Assembly: GCA_003971905.1 (NCBI GenBank)
Contig: RSEE01000112.1
Location: forward strand, 62,001 to 126,000
Source of the DNA: Moniliella sp. 'wahieum'
Taxonomy: Eukaryota
Reading direction: 5' to 3'
Length of the DNA stretch: 64,000 nt
Shown piece by piece: positions 13,104 through 24,595 of the stretch (position 1 is its first letter; every line of letters begins with the position of its first letter). The notes below the pieces were generated by a model. It saw only the letters and a program-made list of their open reading frames with translations. It had not been told where the DNA came from and ran no database searches. Position numbers and translations under genes: made by a program.

Positions 13104-14625
13104 CTACACCCACATAGTCCTCGCTCCAATCGGAACGCGGCGACGGGCTCGGGCCGCCTCACCGTTCAAGGCGGCCGACGCGGGGGCAGATGGGGGACTG
13201 GCGTAGACGCTGGACCGGACAGTGGACCGGACGCTGCCCCGGTCGCAGGGCCCGAAAGGCGCAGGGACCGCACTCGGCGCAGAGGGAGCGACCGGTCGCT
13301 TTCCACTTCCCAACCCGTTCGTTGCGTCCGTATCGTCCGAGCCATCCCGGGCAGGGGAAGACGCTGCTCCACCTTGCGCTCCGGTCCGTGCCCCCGTCCC
13401 TGTCCCGTACTCGTACTCGTATCGTCTCCGTACCTGTCCCCGCCAACCCCGAAATCAAAGACTCGACCAGTCCGAGCGCACGGGTGGCCTGTTCCCCCCC
13501 GCCCGACCGGGCCATGCCTTCCACCAAGGAGACCAGGTTGGCCGTCACGCCGAGCAGGGGCGTCGGGCCGGCGTCGGCGCGCAAGGTACCTCCGGAACGG
13601 GAACCTCAGGGACCGAAGACGTCTCGGCCGCATCCGACGGTACCGCTGCCCCGACCGTCTGGGTGCCGGCCGAGGCGGCGCTCGCGTCCTGGGACGTAGT
13701 CGTCTGGGTGGCCGGGTGTGAAGGCGCAACGGGAGGGTGGGGGGCGGGGTGGGCAGCGGCAGGTGCAGCGGCCATCGGAGCAGCGGCGGGCGCAGCCACG
13801 CTCCCCAGCCCGGACAGGTACAACGTAGGAAGCAGGTCCACCACCGCGCGCCACGGCGGCAATCAACGCGTTGGGCACGCGCCGGGTGCGTGCGGAGAGG
13901 GGGGCGAAGGGCAGGACAGAAGGCGGGGAGGGGACACAGGCTCGGTGCTGGGACAGGGTCAGTGATGGCAGGACGAGAGAGGAGCCAAAACGGAGGGAAA
14001 GGGCACGTACGGTGTCACTTCAACTGCGGGCACGGGAGCGGGCGCGGGCTCCTTTGCGGGCTCTTTGTAGGCGGCTTTGCGGGCACAAGAACGACCGTAA
14101 ACCCAGGCTCCAACGAGGATGCGTTGTCGGCCGAGTCGACAAGCGCCTCCTTCATGAGCAGTTCCCAGGACTCCTGGCTGGAAATGATCGGGGTTGCGGT
14201 GGGTATGGCGGCGTGTTTCAACCATACGTCCCAGCGGGATGTATCGATTTCCCACTGGCGCACGAGAGCGGCGCGGACCTTGGCCCAGGAAGCAAAGGTG
14301 ACCTCGTCGTCGTGCAGGTAGGCAAACGGGATGAAGGTTCCATGGGAGTGGATCCGAACTGGTCTAGCACCTCCTTGCTCACTGTTTATGTGCGCGCCAT
14401 CAGGGCCATCTTGGGCGGCATGCTGGCCAGATGTAGGCGACGGAGGACGTGACCTGCAAGATGGCCAGCGTGTCGTCGCCGTAGGCGCGGATGGGGGAGC
14501 GGCGGGCGGGGGGTGCGTCGCGCAGCAATCGGCTCAGCGCACTTCGATCGTCCTCGGGGCGTGGCCCAGCTGGAGCGGTAGGACGAGTCGGAGCCAGCGT
14601 CGGAGGCAGCGTCGGAGGCAGGCAT
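13104..14625 (-). CDS. Hypothetical protein (Pro/Ala-rich middle); probable intron about 13948-14010
   Basis: Protein-like segments in successive frames (MPASDAASDAGSDSSY...; VRQWEIDTSRWDVWLKH...SWELLMKEAL; LVSLVEGMARS...LVESLISGL) and a GTACGT...CTGAC...CAG intron. No family recognised; end uncertain. Confidence 0.45.
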
Positions 14626-14995
14626 GGTGGTGGTGGTGTGACGGGGCGGGAGCAAGCGCACGATTGGTGCGTTATAACTGGCGACGCACAGACGTGTGAG
14701 AGGCGCGTGGCGGTAGGGGTGGCTCATCAAACGCTGGTTCCCACACCGCCGCCGTGGCGGGCATGCGATAGTGGCCGCGGGTGGGACGCTCCGCCCGGGC
14801 CCCCACACGCGCCCGGCGGCTCCGTCGCAGGCGCCTCACTCCCGATACGTCTACTCCATCCCAGCGTACTCGCTCTCTACGTCTACTCCATCCTGATGTC
14901 CGTCGTCGCTGCGCCGAGGAGCGCTCGCACCATCCACGCCGGCAGCAGGCGCAGCATGCAGCACGATGGGTCAATTGATTATCTGCATCCACGTC

Positions 14996-16615
14996 TCATC
15001 CTGTCCCGCCCTCGCCCGGGTCCACCGTCTCCACCGACTGGATCAACCCCGCCGCCACCGTCTGGTGCCCGTCATGCATCACGAACCGCCCAAGCGACGC
15101 GAACTCGGCCGCCCCTCTCGACGCATACGGGGTGCGTCGGCACAAGCTGGATCAGCGCCGCTTCGCCCGACTCGAGACACGGCGGGGCCAGCGCGATCGT
15201 CTGTCCCGTCTTGCGGTCGAGCTTGGCCAGGATGCGCGTGAGCGTGCAGCGGACCTGCGCCGTGTGGCAGCTGAGCAGCGCACTCGAGCCCCGTCCGAAC
15301 GTGGTGTGCGGCTGCAGAAGGAGGAGGTGGGCGTGGAAGCTACGTGCTTCCCTTGGCGGGTCGATGGCCGGGTTGCCAACGACCGAGCCCGCACGGATGG
15401 TGGTGAGGGTTGGGATTGGGATAGGTAGTTGCTTCTGCCGCGTATTCTTCTGGCCTGCCAGCTGACGCAGCATCACCTCCACATGGTCCCCGGGCAACCC
15501 TTCGGGAAGAAGGAAGGGTGGCGCGCCGCCGTGATCGCATCGACGTGCAAACGCCCATTTCCCGGGGCCCAGGTGACCACCATGCCCTGGCGGAGCACGC
15601 CTGTTTCCACGCGCCCGTGGATCCGGACTCCGCCTCCGCGCTTTTCCACTTGCGCCTCCTGTACCGGAAGACGGAGCGGCGGTCGGTCGGACGTCGAGGC
15701 GGGTCCATAGCATCCAACGCATCCACCAGTGTCCTCCCCGAACGGTACGCGACCGGCGTCTCGGTTTGCCATCCTTCGTACCACGCCATCCCGCTCCCAC
15801 CACCAACCCCCTTGTCCCCCACATTCTCCCCGTCGACGCAGAGAGCGGGACAAAGGCGATGGATTCGCGGCGGAAGCCAACGCGGGCAAACAAGCGTGCG
15901 AGCCGGTGGGTGATCTGCGCAAACCGAGCCTTGGGATCGCACCCGGGCGAGATGGCATCCATCTTGTCACCGCTACAATCACTTGCCGCACGCCCAAGAC
16001 GAAGATCCGAATCACCCGCTCGCCAATCGACCCGTCCTCGCGCTGTCGTGCTCGACTTGCTCGGGGCTGGCAGCAGCGGAAACGACAAGCATGGCACAGT
16101 CTGCTTGTGAGATCGCAGCACACGTGCTCCAATCCCGCCCTGCTCATCTTCTCGCGTGTCCAGCAGCGTCACATAGTACTTGGCTGTCTCGAGCGGGTAC
16201 AGCATCGCTTGGTTCGCCTCCGGTTCGTGGTCTGCCTGCCCTTGCTCGTCCTCCCGCTCGCGTCGCTTGTTCTGCTCAGTTACGTGCTCAGGTCCCTGCT
16301 CTTGCTCTGCCCTAAGCCGGTCAAGCAACCGGGCATAGGGCAAGGAGCTTGGATCCACATGGTCCGTCTCGTGGCGCACTGGGTCCCCCGTCGGCTGCTC
16401 CACCGCGCCAGACTGGTACCCAAGCTGCGCAATCACGCTCGATTTGCCCGCCGCCGCCGCCGGACCGAGAACGACAACGCTCGCGGCGAGCTGCCTCGCC
16501 CGAGACGGGTTGGGTTGGTGGGTAGCGCGTTAGCCTCGCCCGACTCGACAGGTGAGGTGGGTAACGATCCACTCGGTCTCACAGGCGGGGGGGGACGTAC
16601 CTTGTACACCACCAT
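14996..16615 (-). CDS. Divergent eEF1A-like translational GTPase paralog with degenerate G motifs; intron about 16491-16600
   Basis: Spliced MVVYK|LAASVVVLGPAAAGKSSVIAQLGY, then YARLLDRLRAEQEQG, LETAKYYVTLLD, SQADCAMLVV, LGVRQVIVAV-KMD, FVPLSASTGENV, WYEGW, GRVETGVLRQGMVVTWAP, EGLPGDHV, SCHTAQVRC, KLDRKTG and LGRFVMHDGHQTVAAGLIQSV. All are colinear with eEF1A domains I-III. Confidence 0.85.
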
Positions 16616-17290
16616 CTGGGGCAAGGGAGGGATGGTGGTGGGTGCGATGAAGCAGATGGATGGCGGATGTGCTCTTACTACCTCCTTGAATCGTTAGTGA
16701 GTGCTTGGGAAGATGGCACCGACGCACCGACGCACCGACGAATGTTAATGACTGCGATGACTGCAATGACGTCGATGACGTGTCGATGACGTGTCGATGA
16801 CGATGATCATCGCTCCCTCACTAGACTGGCCTCAGGCCGGCCTCAGGCCTCACTAGTAAAGCGATTAACGCGAGACGACCGTGACCATCTATGACCCTCC
16901 TCGGACATGGCCGACTACGGAGTGTACTCAGATACTCATCCTGGCTTCTAACACTCAAGGCTTGATGATAGAGGAAAAGTACTCCTTGCAAGACCAAAGC
17001 CAGCGATGCGCGCTGGCCCTCAGTCACGTGCATTGTGGGAGGGGAGATGTGGCCACGTGACCGGCGCCATGCCCGACGCGTGTGATGCCGCTAGAGGCAC
17101 ACGGTGGGTGATCACCGCAGGGTGCGTATTGCAATTTCAGTCGCCCAGCGCGACGCGGCCAGCACTAGGGTTGGTAGGCGCCACGGCGCCAGTGTGGGGA
17201 CGCGGCGTCTTTATTTGCGGGCATCACGCGTCTCCTCCTCCTTCTGCCTCCTCCTCCTCCATCGGATGTGTGCGGGCGTGTCTGCTGCCA

Positions 17291-19232
17291 ATGGTACGTC
17301 CACCCCCGTCGCCGCCACCCCCACGCTCACCCCCGCCGTGCTCGCCGCAGCCCACGACGCGTTCCGCCGCCGCGCCCGCGCCCTCCCACCCCAACGCCAG
17401 CGCGTGGCCCGCAGCCTCGCGCCCAAGCATCCCAACCACCTCCCGCCGGCCCCGGCCCCCGCCGCCGCCAAACCCCCCCGGCCCGTCGCAGGCCGGCCGG
17501 TACGTTCAGCGCGGGCCCCGCCAGCCGCCGCGTCTTCTCACCATGCCACCACCACCACCTCCTTCCCGTCCCATCCCACTCTCGCCTCCACTGTCCCCCC
17601 CGATGCGCGTCCCGCTCGTGCACACGGCACCAAGCGCCGCGCGCCGTCGACCCACCCGCCTCCACCGCCCCACCGCGGCACAAGAAGGCAAGAAACGCAA
17701 GCGGACGCGCGTCCGTGCTGCGGATTGCCCTAACGATAGTGATCGTGCTGCGGATTGCCCTGGCAATAGTGATACCATTGCCTTTCCGCTGTCCCGCAAT
17801 GCAACCCGGCGGATCAAGCGCGCCTTAAGCCGCGTCGTCTCGACGATGAAGGATGGGTGGACTTGGACGCGCAGGATGGGTATGACCCGTTGATGGTGGC
17901 CGAATATGTCAATGACGTTTTCGAGCACATGAGATCGCTCGAGGTACGTACGTTGGTCTCCGTTGTGTGTTTTTCTGCGGGGTGGTTGGGTTGGGTTGGC
18001 CTGGGAGCAGGCAGGCGTGCTGACGTTCGTGTGTGATCATGGAAATCGAATCAGGCCAAGACGATACCCAATCCAAAGTACATTGATCTCCAAGACGACA
18101 TTACGTGGGAAGAACGGGGCGTGCTGATCGACTGGCTCATCAACATCCACAACCGCTTTCACCTCATTCCCGAAACCCTCTTTTGGCGGTCAACCTGATT
18201 GACCGATTGTTGTCGATTCGTTTCGTTTCGCTGTCCAAGTTGCAGTTGGTCGGCATCACCGCCCTCTTTATCGCGGCCAAGTACGAGGAGGTGATGGTAC
18301 CGTCGATCACCAACTTTGTGTACGTGTGCAAGGATACCGTGACGGAACGCGAACTGTTGGAGGCAGAACGGTACCTGTTGCGCTCCTTGTGCTTTGACCT
18401 GTCCTACCCGAACCCCATGAACTTTCTCCGTCGCATCTCCAAAGCGGACGACTACGATATCCAAACGCGTACTCTGGCCAAGTACCTGATTGAGATCAGC
18501 ACGGTCGACTACCGGTTCATCGGGCACCCTCCGTCCGTCATTGCCGCCGCTGCGCTCTTCCTTGCGCGCGAGGTGCTGCAGCGCGGGCCGTGGGGGCCCA
18601 CCTTGGTCCACTACTCGGGCTACACAAGAGAGGAACTGTTAACAACAGCCGAGTTGATGGTGGACTATACGTTGCGTCCCCCTCCCCACCCTTACCTCCA
18701 CCGCAAGTACGCCAGCAAAAAATTTATGAAGGCCTCTACCTACATCCAAACCTGGGTCGCGCGCTACTGGCCCAAGACTGCCAGCCGCTTTGCCCGACGC
18801 GGCCAAGGCCGCCAACGCTGTGCCTCGGCTTCCGCCGCGGACGACGCCCCCCCCGTCCCAGCCACCTACGATACCTCCGGTCGGTGGGTCCCCGAAACCC
18901 CCCCAGTCGACTTGTTTGCCCACTTTGGTATCCTCACCCGACCTTGCACCCAAGATCTCTGGACCATCTTTGGCATTTTCCGCGCATTCTGCCAAGAACT
19001 CCAAACGCAAGCCGACGCTCACGCCCAAGCCCAAGCCCAAGCAGAAGCCCAAGCCCAAACTCAATCCCAACCCCAAACTCAATCCCAAGCGCACCTCTCC
19101 TCCTGCATCCCCACTCGCCTCCTTGCCCCCCGCTGCGCCGCCTCTCTCGCCCCGCCCACAGCGAGCGAGACCAGCGGCACTGCCCCCCCCGCAGCCTGCG
19201 CAGACGGGCGATCGCATGCCCAGCTGGGCTAG
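17291..19232 (+). CDS. G2/M B-type cyclin; introns about 17294-17350 and 17944-18054
   Basis: DLDAQDGYDPLMVAEYVNDVFEHMRSLE|...RGVLIDWLINIHNRFHLIPETL-LAVNLIDRLLS...KLQLVGITALFIAAKYEE...AERYLL...YPNPMNFLRRISKADDYDIQTRTLAKY...KYASKKFMKAS. Start inferred from ATG|GTACGT. Confidence 0.93.
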
Positions 19233-19642
19233 ATCGCATCCCCGAGCTCACACGCTGTACGAACAGGAACAGGGCCAGAATGGTCACTTTGTTTTCCATC
19301 GGTCTTCGAAGCATTGCATCCCCCCCTCCGCACCCCCCCTGCATTCTGTTTATGCCCCCCCCTGTCGTTGCCGGCCTGGCTATTCTGTCCCTCGCCCACA
19401 CTCGCCACGCAGCTGCCCACCCTGGTTCGCCGTTCGCCGGGCACAGTTCGCCGTTCGTCGCCAATGCCATATTCTTCCTTCCCTTTCCTTCCCTTCCCTT
19501 TCTCCGTGAGACCTCCATTCAATATTCCATCATTACACGTTCCTCTTCCTTCCTTGCCCGCCGCGGCACCGCGCACCGCGCACGGGGGGGTCCGTTCGGA
19601 CAGAGGCAGTCAGAGTGGTAGCGTGCTAGCGTGCTTAAGGAC

Positions 19643-19715
19643 CTTGGAAACTTGGAACTTGGAACTTGGAACTTGGAACTTGGAACTTGGAACTTGGAAC
19701 TTGGAACTTGGAACT
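19643..19715. repeat. Heptanucleotide tandem repeat (CTTGGAA)n, about 10 copies
   Basis: Directly visible between the convergent cyclin and CSN5 genes. Confidence 0.95.
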
Positions 19716-20079
19716 GGGGCCGGCATGTCGCTGATGCGTCACACGCGCTATCTTCTTCCTTGGCATACTTGGCCGCTCCCTTGCACCATGTCCTCGCCCT
19801 TGCCCTTGTTCTTGTCCTCGCCACCCTCGTTTGCCTCCCCAACTCAAATTGATGGGCTGGAAGGGCGGGTGTCTACCGTACCGCGGTTCACGTTACCGCG
19901 TTACGCCTGCTCCCTCGTCTCTCAGATCTCATCCTACATCTTGGAGCTCCACAGGTCCCACGTCACATGCCACACGTCCTTCAACTGATCATAACTCATA
20001 GACTCATCGATCCTATTCGCTGCTCGGAGCGTGGCCCCGATATGTTCGGCAGATCGGACAGCACGTGCGTATTCAGAGC

Positions 20080-21556
20080 TCAGAGCGACGGGAACTGCAT
20101 GCCTGCTCGACCTTGGTTGAACACCTGGTCCTTCACCACTTGGGCCAGCAGACCATAGTGCGCGTCTCCCACCACCTTGCGCGCCTCCCCCGCCACTTGC
20201 TGCAGCCCAGGCTCGTCCCGGTGCTGCCGGAGCGCCGTGAGCAGCGTGTGGATCTGCTCTTGCGTCTTGGCTTGCGATGCGGACGGAAACGGGGTCTGGG
20301 TCTGGGAAGGCGATTGGGATTGCGAGGGCTGGGATTGGGATTGGGATGGGATTGAGATTGGGATTGGGATTGGGACTGGGACTGGGACTGGGACTGGGAT
20401 TGGGACTGGGACTGGGATGGGAGGGCGGCAGCTGCACTGTGGGTTCCGTTGGTGGCTCTTGGGTGGCTTCGGCACCGCCTCCCGCGCCCGCGGCCGTGGC
20501 AGTGGCAGGGGCCGGGCGGGAGGCGACCGGGTCGGTACGGGGAGTGGTGTTGGTCGTCGGTTGCTCCGCTGGGGTCGGTTCGGTCGTTCCCGGGGGCAGG
20601 AGTCGCCATTGTGCAGCTGCGACGTCGGATGCGGCCTCGGTGCGGGCCGAGGAGGAAGCAAGGAGGGACATGTCACCTTCCTTGAACCGAGCCGCTGACG
20701 CGGCAGCTTGCTGGGCCAAACTTTCTGGACGCCGTCCAAGCGGCGGCGAGGTGGGCGAGTTGGCCAACATAAAACGGGGCATTGTTGACCAGGGGGGAAT
20801 CAGCCAAGGTGGCGACCCAGTACTTGTGCCACAGCCGCGCGAGCACATGCGCATCCGTCGAGGTTTTGAACACCTCGATTGGCAGTGCATAGTATCGATC
20901 GGCATGGACGCCAAAGTCGGCTTGCTTGGCGGAGGGGATGAACTGGTACGCGCGCGGTTCGGCCTTCTTGCTGTTTTCGGGCAAGGTACGGAACGCTCCG
21001 ATTTCCACCTTGCCCGCGGCCATGGTGCGTTTGGGATCGACGACGATGGCCAGCCAGGGCTCGTTGTACGTCTGGTTCAGCGCTTGGGTCGCCACGTCAA
21101 TCCCCGAGAGCCAACAGCCGTACCCCGGGGGGAGTGGTACCAGCCCATGACGTTCTCCCCGCGCTGGACCTGGTGCGACGTCTCGGTAAACTGGACCATG
21201 TACTCGTACGCCTCGGCATGCGCATTCACCCGCGTCTCGGTGCCTTCGACCGGGAGCGCAAACACATCCATCACATACAACGTCCGCGTCGCCTCGTCCA
21301 CCTTGCCCTGCAGCAGGCCCATCCCTCCAGCTCGCCGCCCGACTTGGCATGCATCGCCATCTGATCAGCGCCACCACCGACACGCGCACGCGCACAAACC
21401 ACTCGCCGTCCGCCTGCCACGGCCGCGCGGCACTGAGCCGTTGCTGCGCCGCGGCGTCGTACACCAGCACCAGGTCCTCGGGCGGAGCGTGAGCACGTTG
21501 TTGCTGATTTCGAACGCGGCCTGCGCCAGCACGGACGGGTCGGGCGCACTGGACAT
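20080..21556 (-). CDS. RRI1: COP9 signalosome subunit 5 (JAMM/MPN+ deneddylase)
   Basis: [104 protein letters not shown] and C-terminal [14 protein letters not shown]. Confidence 0.95.
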
Positions 21557-22212
21557 GGGGAGAGCGGGCAGCGACGGTGGTGGTGGTGGTGGTGGTGGGG
21601 TGGTGGTGTGGGGCGAGAGGGCGCCCCGGCCAGACCGACACCGAGCGGCGCACGGGCGGCTGTGTGCTGAGGTAAGCACCCGGGGGGGGGGGGGTGGTTT
21701 ATGGGGTTTAGCCAGTTGAGAACCCACCCTTGGCTGGCTCCAGCAGATGTACGCACACCGCCTGCCTCTCTCTTCGGTCCCTCGCCGCGCCCCTCTGCCC
21801 TCGTGTCGCTACGTCCGCGTGTGAGCCTGTGCTGTACAAATGGACAATGCACTCGTGCTGGGCGGTCGGCAGGGCTCATCCTCCCCCGTGCCGTGCCCCG
21901 CTCGTAGATACGAAAAAAAAAGGTATGGTGTACATGCCAACGCCTGCTCCCGCTCGCCCGCAGCCTTGCAAGCAAAGCGACGAGGGTGCGTCCACCGGTG
22001 CGGCCCTCACAGGAACCCTTGGTGCAACGATCACGGTGCAAGCTCCCTCTAATCAGTGCACAGTATACTCCGTACTCAGTCCACCCAGTCCCTGTCGACT
22101 CTGGTCCCGGTCAGCTGCCACTGGCCCTGTCCCTGTCCCATGGCGCAGCTCAGTGATCCGCGGTTCAGGGCGCGGGCCGAGACTCAGGGCTGCGATCAAG
22201 ATTCAATCCAAA

Positions 22213-23559
22213 TCATCTTGGCATCGGCATGCCAATCCGACCGACGCTCGGGTCCGCGCTGTGCGTCCGGGCCCGGCTCGGTCCATGCCGGGGGGAGCAG
22301 GCGCAGACGCACTGGGTGCGGGCGAAGCAGAAGCAGCTCTCGGAGCTGCGGCAGGCGCATCGTGGCATCATGTGCGTCGTGGCGTCGTGTGCGTCGGACC
22401 AGAAGGACTCAAACAGGGAGCGCAACCGTGGGCCCAACGGAGGCGGCTGCGACGAGGGCAGTTGCGCACGGCAAACCGGACACGTATTGTGCATCTTGAG
22501 CCAGGGCACGAGGCAGGTGGCATGGAAAAGGTGTTGGCAGGGTAACAGCATCGCCTGGTCCGTCGGGATGGTCGGGTCAAACCCTTCTTCGGGGGCCGTG
22601 GCCGTGGGGTGGCAGAGGGTGCCGAGCCCGGCGCTTCTTCGCCGCGTGCGCGCAGGGGCAGAAGAAGAAGCCTCCGGCGGCGGGAGAAACTCGTCGGTAC
22701 AAATGGGGCATTCGGTCGGGTTCTTAGTTGGCCAACTGGGCCTTGTCGCCAGTACTAAACCGGGGCAAGGCAGCGATCGCTTCTTGCGACGCAGGTGGTT
22801 CGCCCCCGCCCTGGCCACGTAACAGCTCTCAAACGATTGGGGCAAGACCAAGTCACGAAAGGGCATCATCCACTCCATCATGTGCGCCATCGGGTCTCCC
22901 GCGCCGGCGGCGGTGCGTCCCCGTCCCGCCGGCCCGGCCGCCAGGCGCAGTGAACCGATACGGACCCTGCCCTCGTCCGTCTTGCAAGTCTTCCATGAAG
23001 TCGACAGGCTGCGGAAAATCGAGTAGGGGCGTCCTCGGCCGCACCAGCACGATCCCTAGCATCCGAAGGCGTCGGCGTCTCGGGCGACGGGGCGTTGGAC
23101 GCGGCGGGCGGGGTCGGCAGGCCCGTGGACTCGCCATTCAGACCCATCAGACCTGCCATGGGCTCGAATGTCCATTGGCGGCCCGAACGAGATTCGTTGT
23201 CCCGACGGGGACGGGCGAGGCGGGGAAAAGGCAGCGGAGGAAGAGGCGGAGGCAGGGGCGGGGGGCAGGCCAAACGGACCGACCCACTCCATGGTGAGGG
23301 CCGAGCTGGAGGCGGCCAGGGGCGGCGGAGGGGTCGGTGGTGCGAGGGCACGGAGGAAGGTGGGGAAGATGGAGTCGGACGGGGAAGGGGGTCGATGGGG
23401 GGGGGGGGCATAGGGGGGCTGACGAGCTCGACAAAGTCGCTGCCGCATGGGGACAGGTGGGGCCCTGGGGCTGCTGGACGAGGTTGGAGGTGTGCTGGCA
23501 TGGTGGCACCACCCGGCCTGCGGAGGCGGGGTGGGGGGGGTGGGGGTGGAGGCGGACAT
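22213..23559 (-). CDS. RING-H2 E3 ubiquitin ligase with N-terminal zinc ribbon (RNF115/RNF126-like)
   Basis: N-terminal WCH..C...[12 protein letters not shown]-terminal CPICTDEF...[26 protein letters not shown]. Stop position uncertain because of indels. Confidence 0.85.
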
Positions 23560-23747
23560 GGCGGGGGGAATGGTGATGGTGGTGGTGGTGGTGATGGGGG
23601 ATGGCGGTTGGTGGTGGTGGTGTGGAGGGGCAGGGGCAAAGCGGCCAATGGGTTTCGATTGGGTTCGGGGCTGCTGAGCCAAGGCCGAGGCGGCTATCAA
23701 TGCTCAATCCACCGTCCCTCAGCCACGCCACTGCAACTTTCACAACC

Positions 23748-23830
23748 CACGTGACCGCACACGTGATCCCACACGTGCCACCGCACACGTGATCCCACAC
23801 GTGCACCCGCACACGTGACTGTGCACGTGA
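23748..23830. promoter_or_regulatory. Array of seven CACGTG (E-box/Cbf1-type) sites in a bidirectional promoter
   Basis: CACGTG at 23748, 23760, 23772, 23786, 23798, 23812 and 23824, between the divergent RING-E3 and SYM1 starts. Regulatory function is inferred. Confidence 0.65.
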
Positions 23831-23944
23831 CACCCCCACTGGCCCAAGCAGCTGCTCGCGCGAGCGACTGGGAGCGACGGGCGCGGTGGTTACCGCCGCG
23901 CAGAGCAGCCGCCCCAGCATCGCCACAACTTCGCCCACGCCATA

Positions 23945-24595
23945 ATGGACCTTCTCTCGCGCCTGCTCGCCGCAGCCACCGCCACGTCAGCACGCCGCAT
24001 CGCCACCACCGGTGCGCTCTATGCCCTGAGCGACGTCCTTTCCCAGTCCATCGCCCCCCCCACCACCACCGCCACCGTCACCACCACCACCGCCACCCCC
24101 GCGCGCTGGGACGCCGCCCGCACCCTCCGCCTCGCGCTCTATGGCGCCGCCGTCTTTGCGCCCCTGCAGGACGTCTGGCTCGGCACCGTCATTGAGCGCG
24201 TCCCCTGGGGCACCGCGGCCAAGGTCGCGCTGGACCAGCTGACCATGTCGCCGTTCGGCCTGCTTCTCTTCCTCGTGTACACTGCCTGGCTCCAGCCCTT
24301 GCCTGTGGTGCGTGGTGCGCCTCGCGTGCGCTTCCGCGCATGGCGCCCCGACGCGCTCCGCACCCGCACCCACGCCGCCAAACGCAAGATCCACCTCGAC
24401 TTTTGGCCGACGCTCAAGCGATCGTGGGCGGTGTGGGTGCCGGTGCAGGTGATCACGATGCGTCTCGTGCCGCCCCATGCGCGTCTGCTGTTCTGCACCT
24501 TGGTCGGGGTGGTGTGGAACTGCTTTTTGTGTCTGGTCGCTGTGCGCCAGACCAAGCAGGAGCAGGCCGACGTGCTGCCCTTAACGCGCATCTGA
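23945..24595 (+). CDS. SYM1: Mpv17/PMP22 family membrane protein
   Basis: Intact 216-aa ORF: TTGALYALSDVLSQ, WDAARTLRLALYG, KVALDQLTMSP, FWPTLKRSWAVWVPVQVIT...VPPH.RLLF...WNCFL. Exact orthology within the family is uncertain. Confidence 0.88.
   Translation: MDLLSRLLAAATATSARRIATTGALYALSDVLSQSIAPPTTTATVTTTTATPARWDAARTLRLALYGAAVFAPLQDVWLGTVIERVPWGTAAKVALDQLTMSPFGLLLFLVYTAWLQPLPVVRGAPRVRFRAWRPDALRTRTHAAKRKIHLDFWPTLKRSWAVWVPVQVITMRLVPPHARLLFCTLVGVVWNCFLCLVAVRQTKQEQADVLPLTRI

Noticed and set aside
17291..23559. Cyclin B, CSN5 and RING E3 as a ubiquitin/cell-cycle gene cluster
   Set aside because: These are common housekeeping categories with mixed orientation and no shared unique motif; chance adjacency is sufficient.
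23748..23830. CRISPR-like or point-centromere (CDEI) interpretation of the CACGTG array
   Set aside because: Units are only 12-14 bp with no spacer-length unique sequence, there are no cas genes, the context is eukaryotic, and no AT-rich CDEII/CDEIII follows.
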